A stretch of 64,000 bases of DNA from an uncultured Collinsella sp. Lineage in GTDB: Bacteria > Actinomycetota > Coriobacteriia > Coriobacteriales > Coriobacteriaceae. Where the stretch lies: positions 3-64,002 of the forward strand of contig CAJKZP010000001.1 in assembly GCA_905204415.1 (NCBI GenBank). Reading direction: 5' to 3'. Shown piece by piece: positions 47,568-57,839 of this stretch. The position numbers and the translations under genes were made by a program. Within the stretch, counting starts at the first letter, position 1, and each line of letters opens with the position of its first letter. The notes under the pieces were generated by a model that made no database searches, was not told the origin of the DNA, and worked only from the letters and a program-made list of their open reading frames with translations.

Positions 47568-48591
47568 AGTCATATCATTCGGTATTCCCTCGTATAACGC
47601 CGCCAAGGACATGGACCATTGCATCACCTCCATTCTGGAGGGGAGCAATTACGCCACCGATATCGAGATCATCATCGTCGATGACGGTTCCAAGGACGAG
47701 ACGGCAGCTAAGGCCGACGAGTGGGAGACGCGTTATCCCGGCATCATTCGCGCGGTGCATCAGGAGAATGGCGGCCACGGCATCGCCGTCCTCTCGGGCT
47801 TGCGCGAGGCACAGGGCACCTACTACAAGGTCGTCGACTCGGACGACTGGCTCGATGGCGCAGCCCTATCGACTATGCTTTCGATCCTTCGCGGTTTTGA
47901 GGGGCGCGACCAGCGCGTCGACCTCTTTATCTCGAACTATGTGTACGAGAAGGTTTACGAGGGCACACACACCGCTATTGGCTACAAGTTTGCCCTGCCG
48001 CGAAAAAAGATCTTTACCTGGGACCAGATTGGTCATTTCCGTCTGGACCAGAATCTGCTTATGCACAGCCTGTGCTATCGCACGGATGTGCTGCGCGCGT
48101 CCAATCTGCCCATGCCGCCGCACACGTTCTATGTAGACAACATCTACGCCTATGTGCCGCTGCCGCACTGCAAGACCATGTACTACGCCGACATCGACCT
48201 CTATCGCTACTTTATCGGTCGCGAGGGCCAGAGCGTCAACGAGGCCACGATGGTCAAGCGTCTGGACCAGCAGTTCCGCGTGACGCGCATCATGATGGAG
48301 TCGTTCCATCTGTACGGCGATGTCGAGTCATCGCGTCTGCGCTCGTACATGATGGGCTATTTCACCATGATGATGGCAATCTGCTCGGTGCTTACTAAGC
48401 TTTCCGACGAGGATTGTGCCGACGAGCGCCTGAAGACGTTGTGGAATGATCTGAAGGCCTATGACGAGCGCATGTATCGTCGTGCACGCTACGGTGTGGT
48501 TGGCTTCTTCATCAACCTGCGCGGCCGTGCCGGTGACAAAATCACGCTTGGCCTATACCGTCTTGCCTCAAAGATCTTCAAATTCAACTAG
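47560..48591 (+). CDS. GT2 glycosyltransferase
   Basis: IPSYN, IVDDGSKD, ENGGHG, VDSDD, FYVDN and YRYFIGREGQSVN. Confidence 0.9.
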   Translation: MHKVISFGIPSYNAAKDMDHCITSILEGSNYATDIEIIIVDDGSKDETAAKADEWETRYPGIIRAVHQENGGHGIAVLSGLREAQGTYYKVVDSDDWLDGAALSTMLSILRGFEGRDQRVDLFISNYVYEKVYEGTHTAIGYKFALPRKKIFTWDQIGHFRLDQNLLMHSLCYRTDVLRASNLPMPPHTFYVDNIYAYVPLPHCKTMYYADIDLYRYFIGREGQSVNEATMVKRLDQQFRVTRIMMESFHLYGDVESSRLRSYMMGYFTMMMAICSVLTKLSDEDCADERLKTLWNDLKAYDERMYRRARYGVVGFFINLRGRAGDKITLGLYRLASKIFKFN

Positions 48592-48613
48592 CACAGAAGT
48601 GCTCGGGTAACGG

Positions 48614-48722
48614 GGACCCCTGGTCCTTAACTTGCTACTTCGAACAGTCCTGCGCAAGACGGAGGCGCCACTGGCGCCTCCTTTGCGTGCGGAACTCGTA
48701 TCAAGTTAAGGACCAGGGGTCC
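48614..48722 (+). repeat. Structured intergenic element, family 2, copy A
   Basis: 21-bp perfect arms around the core ACAGTCCTG-[hairpin]-CGTGCGGAACTCG. Confidence 0.8.
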
Positions 48723-48816
48723 TCTGCTATGTCTCGCTTTATGTCAGCAACCTGAATTTGAAGATCTTAGACGCGCGGTACACAGGGGCCTGGGCTGAAA
48801 GGAATCTTGTTGAGTA

Positions 48817-48941
48817 GGTTGCCCGGTGAGTCTTGGTTATGTTTGTCGCGAGTTCCGCACGAGCCGAAGAGCACTTAATGTGCTCTTCGTGCGAGCCAGG
48901 ACTGTAGAGCAGCAAACATAACCAAGACCCACCGGGCAACC
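48817..48941 (-). repeat. Structured intergenic element, family 2, copy B
   Basis: 29-bp arms (one G-T pair on the minus strand) around the same core in inverted orientation. Confidence 0.8.
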
Positions 48942-48953
48942 GGACGAGCTAGT

Positions 48954-49955
48954 TTACTTCGCGGCGCCGGGGATGCCGTGGGAGGTTTTGGCGGTTTTGG
49001 CTCCGTTTACGATGGCGGTTTCTAGGGCCCTTACGGCGAGCATGCCCAGCAGGTCTAGGGGAACGGCGGCGCTTGCCTGGGCTCCCAGTTTGCCGCTGGC
49101 GAGGGTGTAGATGGTGTCGCCGTCGTTGGTGGTGTGTGTGGGGCGGATGGCGTGCGCGTAGGCGTCTGCTGCCATCTGGGAGACCTTGGTGGCCTGGGCC
49201 TTAGTGAGCTCCACGTTGGTGACGATGCAGCTGATGGTGGTGTTGGTGCGGTCGAGCGGCATCTGCATGGATCCGGCGGCGGCAAAGGCTGCGAGTTCCA
49301 TGTCGACGATCTGGTCGCTATCGGCCGCGGCACGCATACCGGCGACCCACTCGCCGGTGGTCGGGTCGACAACGTTGCCACAGGCGTTGACCGAGACCAC
49401 GGCGCCCACCTTGATGGGGCCGAGCGCCACGGCGGCAGCGCCAAGGCCGGCCTTCATGCAGGTGGCGGGCCCCATGAGCTTTCCGACGGTGGCACCCGTG
49501 CCGGCACCTACATTGCCCTGCTCGAGCATGGTGGGGGTGTTGTCGAGTGCCTCACGCACGGCGGCGATGCCGGCCTCTATGTCGGGGCGCACGGTGGGAT
49601 CGCCAAAGGCGAGGTCGAAGATGCAGCTGGAGCACACGATAGGCACCTGCGTGGGGCCGACGGGAAGGCCGATGCCGCGGTTCTCAAGCTCGCGAGCGAC
49701 GCCGCTTGCAGCCTCGAGGCCAAAGGCCGATCCACCCGACAGGCAGACGGCGTGGACCTTGTCGACGGTGTTCTCGGGACGCAGCAGGTCGGTTTCGCGC
49801 GATGCTGGAGCACCGCCGCGAACGTCAACGCCGCCGGTGGCGCCCTCGGGTGCCACGATTACGGTGCAACCGGTGCCGGCCTCCTCGTCCGTATAGTTGC
49901 CATAGCAAAAGCCATCGACATCGCAGACGTCAATGGCCTCGAGCAGTGTATCCAT
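48954..49955 (-). CDS. P1/S58 (DmpA-like) peptidase
   Basis: TGCTVI, GVDVRGGAPASRETDLL, SGGSAFGL, GNVGAGTGA, NTT and PTHTTNDGDT. Confidence 0.9.
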   Translation of the reverse strand: MDTLLEAIDVCDVDGFCYGNYTDEEAGTGCTVIVAPEGATGGVDVRGGAPASRETDLLRPENTVDKVHAVCLSGGSAFGLEAASGVARELENRGIGLPVGPTQVPIVCSSCIFDLAFGDPTVRPDIEAGIAAVREALDNTPTMLEQGNVGAGTGATVGKLMGPATCMKAGLGAAAVALGPIKVGAVVSVNACGNVVDPTTGEWVAGMRAAADSDQIVDMELAAFAAAGSMQMPLDRTNTTISCIVTNVELTKAQATKVSQMAADAYAHAIRPTHTTNDGDTIYTLASGKLGAQASAAVPLDLLGMLAVRALETAIVNGAKTAKTSHGIPGAAK

Positions 49956-50056
49956 GTTTAACTCCTATCGGTTTTCCGCCGCGCCTTGTGCCCGGTCGGG
50001 ATCCGTACGGTACGCAAAAATTGTAGGCGCTGGGGAATACCCAGCGCCAGATGCAA

Positions 50057-50638
50057 TTACGAGAGTTTTTGAATCGCGCGCGCGACGCGGGCGATGGGCA
50101 AGCCCACCACGTTGTAGAAGTCGCCCGAAATGTCATGCACGAGCAGGCGGCCGCCTGTGCCCTGGATGCCGTAGGCCCCGGCCTTGTCCATGGGTTCACC
50201 GGAGGCAACATAGCGCTCGATCTGCTCTTCGGTAAGCTCATAGAACGTCACGTCGGTCACATCGACAAACGACAGGCTCTCGGCGGCATGCGGAGCTGTA
50301 GCGTCGCCGGCTTTAACGATGCAGACGCCGGTCGCCACCTGGTGCGTGCGGCCCGAAAGCTCGCGGAGCATGGTGCGTGCCTCGTCCTCGTTTGCCGGCT
50401 TACCCAAAATCTTGCCATCGAAGGTGACGATGGTATCGGCCGCGACGGTCAGCTCATTGGGCTCGGCATGCTCGGCGGCGACGGCAGCGGCTTTGGCACG
50501 CGCCAAGCGCTCGACGAGCGTAAGCGGAGCTTCGCTATCAAAGGGCGTTTCATCGATATCCGCGGGAATCACGCGAATGTTGTAGCCTGCCTCGCGCATC
50601 AGCTCTATGCGGCGCGGCGATTGCGAAGCCAAAATCAT
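50057..50638 (-). CDS. maf: Maf-family nucleotide pyrophosphatase
   Basis: ILASQSPRR, ADTIV, GKP, LSGRTH and DKAGAYGIQG. Confidence 0.93.
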   Translation of the reverse strand: MILASQSPRRIELMREAGYNIRVIPADIDETPFDSEAPLTLVERLARAKAAAVAAEHAEPNELTVAADTIVTFDGKILGKPANEDEARTMLRELSGRTHQVATGVCIVKAGDATAPHAAESLSFVDVTDVTFYELTEEQIERYVASGEPMDKAGAYGIQGTGGRLLVHDISGDFYNVVGLPIARVARAIQKLS

Positions 50639-51177
50639 AGCTGGATGCCCTCGGCGACCTTCTCGACGGCCTTGTCGCCGGCGAGCGTGCGCAGCAGCTT
50701 CAAGGCAAAGGGGAGTGACTGTGCCATGCCGCTGGCAGTGATGATGTTGCCGTCTTGCGTGACCTTCTCGCCGGTATAGGCGCCCTCGGGGAAGCTCTTC
50801 TCAAAGCCGGGGAAGCACGTGGCACGGCGTCCCTCGAGAAGGCCAAGCTCGCCCAGGATAAACGGGGCGGCGCAGATGGCGGCAACGTGCTTAGTCGCGG
50901 CGAACTCGCAGACTACGTCGCAGACGCGCTGGTCGGCGCGAAGGTTGGTGGCTCCGGGCAGGCCGCCGGGCAGCACGACGCAGTCGTACTCGTCAAAGTT
51001 GATCTCGTCAAAGAGAGCATCGCAGGTCACGGGAATCTGCAGCGAGCTCACGACCTCGCGCGTGGGCATGATCGAGACGAGCGTGGCACGCACGCCGCCG
51101 CGACGCATGACGTCGACCATGGTCAGGCATTCAATCGTTTCAAAGCCATCGGCGGCGAGAACGGCAACGCTGGGCAT
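50635..51177 (-). CDS. DJ-1/PfpI (YajL-like) protein
   Basis: ADGFETIE, LPGGLPG, AAICAAP and ATCFPG. Confidence 0.9.
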   Translation of the reverse strand: MPSVAVLAADGFETIECLTMVDVMRRGGVRATLVSIMPTREVVSSLQIPVTCDALFDEINFDEYDCVVLPGGLPGATNLRADQRVCDVVCEFAATKHVAAICAAPFILGELGLLEGRRATCFPGFEKSFPEGAYTGEKVTQDGNIITASGMAQSLPFALKLLRTLAGDKAVEKVAEGIQL

Positions 51178-51307
51178 AAGGGTTCCTTTCAAAAAGCGGC
51201 ATACAATTAGCCGTCTTATACCCCGAAGACATACGCTTGCCACGCTCGATTTCCCAATGTTTAAAATAGCCCCGTCCGAATTAGCTACCCTCACCCATCC
51301 TCAACAA

Positions 51308-51445
51308 TCTCAATCTGTAACATCTAGACCCACTTTTGACCCCTAACTGTTACAGATCAAGACAAACGGAAACCGCCCCGACAAAACGTCTCAATCTGTA
51401 ACATCTACGGACCAAAACCGGGTCTTACTGTTACAGATCGAGACA
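51308..51445. repeat. Four alternating-orientation 19-bp repeats with unique spacers (81-bp period)
   Basis: TCTCAATCTGTAACATCTA at 51308 and 51389; ACTGTTACAGATC(A/G)AGACA at 51346 and 51427. Confidence 0.85.
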
Positions 51446-51605
51446 GCCCCCAACAGCACCTTCCCGTTCGGGTAACGACCGCCACAGGTACGGCGGGCAG
51501 AGACTCCCTGTTTTCCTCGGTTTTTCTTGACGGAATCTCACCTGTTGTAGTACTTTGTCCCAGTCTAAAAACGCGTGGACTTTTCTGGGCGCTAGCCACC
51601 TTTTT

Positions 51606-51641
51606 GCCACGCAACCGAGCAGTCGGTTGCGTGGCTTTTTT
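51606..51641 (+). terminator. Leader terminator upstream of the EamA-GH1-PTS block
   Basis: GCCACGCAACCGA-gcag-TCGGTTGCGTGGC-TTTTTT. Confidence 0.8.
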
Positions 51642-51758
51642 CGTCTTGGCAGCAGGTACCACATGCACCGCCAGAAGACCGCACGAGCCCACCTTCCGAC
51701 TGCAGGGAACAGACGCACGAGACGTGCATCTGCAAGACAGCAGACGGAAGGGAGCCTA

Positions 51759-54289
<2,531 letters not shown>

Positions 54290-54320
54290 CCGCCCGGGCA
54301 ATATCACTAAGGAGAAAATA

Positions 54321-55769
54321 ATGGCTGAAAAATACGACGATCTGGCCAGATCCATACTCGAGAACGTAGGCGGCACAGAGAACGTCGCCAGCGTCGCGCA
54401 CTGCATCACGCGCGTGCGCTTCAAACTCAAGGACGAGTCCCGCGCCAACACTGCCAAGATCGAGGCCCTCAAGGGCGTCATCCAGGTCATCCAGGCCAAC
54501 GGCCAGTACCAGGTGGTCGTGGGTAACATCGTCGAGGACGTCTACGACGCGGTCCTGGAGGCCGGCAACTTCTCGGGCGGCGCAAGCGCCGACGACGAGC
54601 CCCAGGGCGATAAGACCGTTGCCTCCGTCGTCATCGACCTCATCTCTGGCATCTTCCAGCCCATCCTGGGACCGCTTGCCGCCGCAGGCATCATGAAGGG
54701 ACTGCTTGCCCTCATCACCTACTTCGTCCCGGCCTTTGCAAACGACGGCCTCTACACGCTGCTCTACACCGTGGCTGACGGCTTCTTCTACTTCCTTCCC
54801 GTCGCCCTGGCGTTCAGTGCCGCGCGCAAGTTCCGCATGAACGAGTTCACCGGCGTGGCAATCGGCGTGGCGCTCCTCTACCCGACGATGGTCGCCCTGA
54901 CCTCGGGTGAGGCGCTCGGCAGCATCGACCTCGGCGTTGCCGGCACGTTCTCGTGGTACGCCACCGCCCTCGGGCTCCCCATCATCATGCCCGTGTCCGG
55001 CTACGTGAGCTCGGTGATCCCCGTCCTTCTCATGGTGTGGTTCGGCTCTATCATTGAGCGCTGGCTCAAGAGCTGGATGCCGGCTGCGCTCAAGATGTTC
55101 CTCGTCCCGCTCGCCACGATGACGGCCTCCATCGTCTTGGGTTACCTCGTCATCGGCCCGGTGGCCACCCTCATCACCAACCTGCTGAGCGTGGCGTTCT
55201 CGTTCATCTTCCAGCTTCCCGTGGTTGGTTCCGTCTTGGGCAGCGCCCTGGTCGGCGGACTGTGGATGTGCCTCGTCATCTTTGGCTTCCACTGGAGCCT
55301 CATCCCCATCTCCATCATGAACCTGAATACCCTCGGCCACGACAGCGTGCTCGCCGCCACCATCGGCCATGGGTTCGCGCTCGGAGCGGTCATCTTTGCC
55401 ATGTACCTCAGAAACAAGGACGAGCGCTTCCGCGGCATCGCCCTTCCCGCGATGATCTCCGCCTTCTTCTTCGGCGTCACCGAGCCGGGCATCTACGGCA
55501 TCGCCCTCCCCAACAAGCGCGCGTTCGTCGTGGCATGCTTGAGCTCCGCCGTGGGCGGCGCCATCGTGGGAATGACGGGCGCCCTCATGTACATCTCGGG
55601 CGGCCTCGGTGTCTTCAACCTGCTCAACTTCATCGACGGGACCCCTGGTGGCGCCGGGATCTCCCACATGATCTTCGCGATCATCGCCGCGCTCGTCTCT
55701 GCCGTCCTGGCCTTTGTTATCGAGTTCATCACCTACCGACCCAACGACGACGAGGAAGGCGCCCGCTAG
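54321..55769 (+). CDS. PTS beta-glucoside-type EIIBC (no EIIA domain)
   Basis: NVGGTENV...HCITRVRF (EIIB Cys), FFYFLP and GVTEPGIYG; ends shortly after the last TM. Confidence 0.9.
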   Translation: MAEKYDDLARSILENVGGTENVASVAHCITRVRFKLKDESRANTAKIEALKGVIQVIQANGQYQVVVGNIVEDVYDAVLEAGNFSGGASADDEPQGDKTVASVVIDLISGIFQPILGPLAAAGIMKGLLALITYFVPAFANDGLYTLLYTVADGFFYFLPVALAFSAARKFRMNEFTGVAIGVALLYPTMVALTSGEALGSIDLGVAGTFSWYATALGLPIIMPVSGYVSSVIPVLLMVWFGSIIERWLKSWMPAALKMFLVPLATMTASIVLGYLVIGPVATLITNLLSVAFSFIFQLPVVGSVLGSALVGGLWMCLVIFGFHWSLIPISIMNLNTLGHDSVLAATIGHGFALGAVIFAMYLRNKDERFRGIALPAMISAFFFGVTEPGIYGIALPNKRAFVVACLSSAVGGAIVGMTGALMYISGGLGVFNLLNFIDGTPGGAGISHMIFAIIAALVSAVLAFVIEFITYRPNDDEEGAR

Positions 55770-55905
55770 TTTGCGCCCCTTTCGACTAGCTCTATGTAAT
55801 TGAGGAGCAGTTGAGGTGGATGAAGGCCGAGGGCGGTCGAGGCGGCCGCCCCGTGTCCGAGACAACCTGTCAGAAGGCGTTTAGCTTTCTCGGGCGGCGC
55901 TGAAA

Positions 55906-56320
55906 TGAACTGCGCCCCGAAACTTAGACGGGTCAATTAGCGGCCTATGCCGCACATGGGGACTGATTCCGGAACTCCTCCGGGGTCAGTCCCTTTTGCT
56001 TAACCTGCCTCCTCTTGTTCCAGTGAACGGTGTAGGCGTCGAGGTCCCGCTTGAACTCCTCGAAGCTCCGCCACGTCCGGTTCCTGTAGAATTCGTCCTT
56101 CAGGCGCCCGGGCAGCAGCTCCGTCGCATGAGCTTGCCCTCGCACGCCGCCGGCCCCGGCCGGGTCCGGGCACCCTTCGGCCTCCCGCCGGCCTTCGGCG
56201 CGCCCGTACCCCCTGTCGCAAAGCTCTGCTGCAAGAGTCCTCAGCGTGGCGTCGTGCCCGACTTTCCCGTCCATAAAGAAGCCCCCATTTCTAATGTTCA
56301 AGAAACGAGGGGGCGGTTCA
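55906..56320 (-). mobile_element. Internally deleted IS3-family (IS150-like) element
   Basis: Imperfect terminal IRs TGAACTGCGCCCC / TGAACCGCCCCC; orfA-like start fused to the integrase C-terminus GRLKDEFY...F.RDLDAY..HWN..R...KGLTPEEFR. Confidence 0.8.
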
Positions 56321-56325
56321 ATTTC

Positions 56326-56377
56326 GGGACGGGGATTAAATAATCATTCGGAGCAAATTTATTTTTATCCCCGTCCC
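56326..56377. repeat. REP-like palindrome
   Basis: GGGACGGGGAT...ATCCCCGTCCC with an AT-rich interior. Confidence 0.6.
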
Positions 56378-56412
56378 AGAAAAATCATCGAGCGTGGTCT
56401 TGGACAAACAGT

Positions 56413-57726
56413 CTAGTTGCGCTTGAGGTGGACGACCGTTTCGCAGTGGAAGGTTTGCGGGAACAGGTCGACCGGCGTGATCTTGACGGGGGAGAAGGTG
56501 CCTTCCTCGACAAAGCGCTTAAGGTCGCGTGCCAGGGTGACAGGGTCGCAGCTCACATAGGCGACATCGCGCGCACTCGTGCTAGCGATGAGGTCGATAG
56601 CCTCGGGTGCCAGACCTGCGCGCGGCGGATCGACCACCAGGACATCGGCATCCTGGTCGGGGAACTCGCGCACGGCATCGCCGCCGATGACGTCGACGTT
56701 GTCGAGTTTGTTGATCTCGAGGTTACGGCGCAGGTCGCGCACGGCCGGACCGTAGGCCTCGACGGCGGCAACAAAGTCGCAGCGGCGGGCGAGCGGCAGG
56801 GTAAAGGTACCGGCACCGCAGTACAGGTCCACGGCCAGCTCGTCTTCCTGCGGGTCGAGGGCGTCCATAACGAGCTCAATCAAAATCTCGGCGCCCTTGG
56901 TATTGACTTGGAAAAACGATGGGGCGGACAGGCGCATCTGGCCGTCAGCGATGTTCTCGGTCCACGAGCCCTCACCGGCGAGCATCTCCACCTTAGAGAC
57001 ACGGCGGGCCTTCTTCTCGCCCTTGCTCATGACGCGCGCGACGCTCGTGGGGTGTGCGGCGTCTGCCAGCACGCGCGAGACCTGTGAGCGCGGGAAGGAG
57101 CCTGTGGGCGTCCAGAGCGCGACCTCGAGTGCCTTGGTGCGACGCGAAGCGCGAATGCCCACGCGCTCCAGACCCAGGTTGTGGCTGCCGCTCAGATAGT
57201 TGAGCGCGCCGACGACCGATTTGAGCGTCTTGGGAAAACGCTTATCGAACAGCGGGCACGAATCGACGGTCACGATCTTGCTGGGGTCGACGCCGTGCAT
57301 GCCAAGGCGAACACGGCCGTTAACGAGAGTGGGCTCCAGCTCAATTTTATTGCGGTAGCCCCAGTCGTCCTTGGTATGGCGGATAGGCTGGACAAGATCG
57401 TTGACCTGCTCGGGGGTGAACTTGCCAATGCGCTCGAGCGTGGAGCGCAGGTTTTGCTCTTTGGCGGCAAGCTGAGCGGAGCGCGATAGATTGCCCCACG
57501 AACAACCGCCGCAGATGCCCACGAAGGGGCAGGGGGGCTGAATGCGATCGGGACTCGGCTCCAGAATCTCGGTCGTGCGGGCGCGCATAAACGACTTGCC
57601 GTCCTGCACGATCTCGGCTTCGACGGTGTCGCCTGCCACAGCGCCCTGCACAAAGACGGCCTTGCCGTTGTCGGCATGTGCCAGACCGTTGGTGCCGTAC
57701 GTCATCGATTCTATGGTGAGCTTCAT
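56413..57726 (-). CDS. rlmD: TrmA/RlmD-family RNA m5U methyltransferase
   Basis: TRAM domain, CPFVGICGGC, SFFQVN, DLYCGAG, DPPRAG, YVSCDP and DLFPQTFHCE. Confidence 0.88.
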   Translation of the reverse strand: MKLTIESMTYGTNGLAHADNGKAVFVQGAVAGDTVEAEIVQDGKSFMRARTTEILEPSPDRIQPPCPFVGICGGCSWGNLSRSAQLAAKEQNLRSTLERIGKFTPEQVNDLVQPIRHTKDDWGYRNKIELEPTLVNGRVRLGMHGVDPSKIVTVDSCPLFDKRFPKTLKSVVGALNYLSGSHNLGLERVGIRASRRTKALEVALWTPTGSFPRSQVSRVLADAAHPTSVARVMSKGEKKARRVSKVEMLAGEGSWTENIADGQMRLSAPSFFQVNTKGAEILIELVMDALDPQEDELAVDLYCGAGTFTLPLARRCDFVAAVEAYGPAVRDLRRNLEINKLDNVDVIGGDAVREFPDQDADVLVVDPPRAGLAPEAIDLIASTSARDVAYVSCDPVTLARDLKRFVEEGTFSPVKITPVDLFPQTFHCETVVHLKRN

Positions 57727-57839
57727 ATTCCTGCCTGTCATTCGCGTTGCTGTTCGCACCATGGTAGCAGGGAAAAGCGCCCCGCATCCGAGGCTTTCCT
57801 CAAATGCGGGGCGCTTCTACAAACTGCTTCTACAAACGA

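Noticed and set aside
48739..48939. 66-aa minus-strand ORF ending ASKIFKFRLLT as a real gene
   Set aside because: It runs through palindrome B with no clear RBS. The similarity is explained by the inverted 3'-end duplicate reported as a finding.
51308..51445. Possible CRISPR array
   Set aside because: Only four units, alternating orientation, short spacers, and no cas genes or leader. Kept as a non-CRISPR repeat.
55903..56323. Target-site duplication around the mini-IS3
   Set aside because: The flanks (AAA / ATT) do not form a direct repeat, so recent transposition is not supported.
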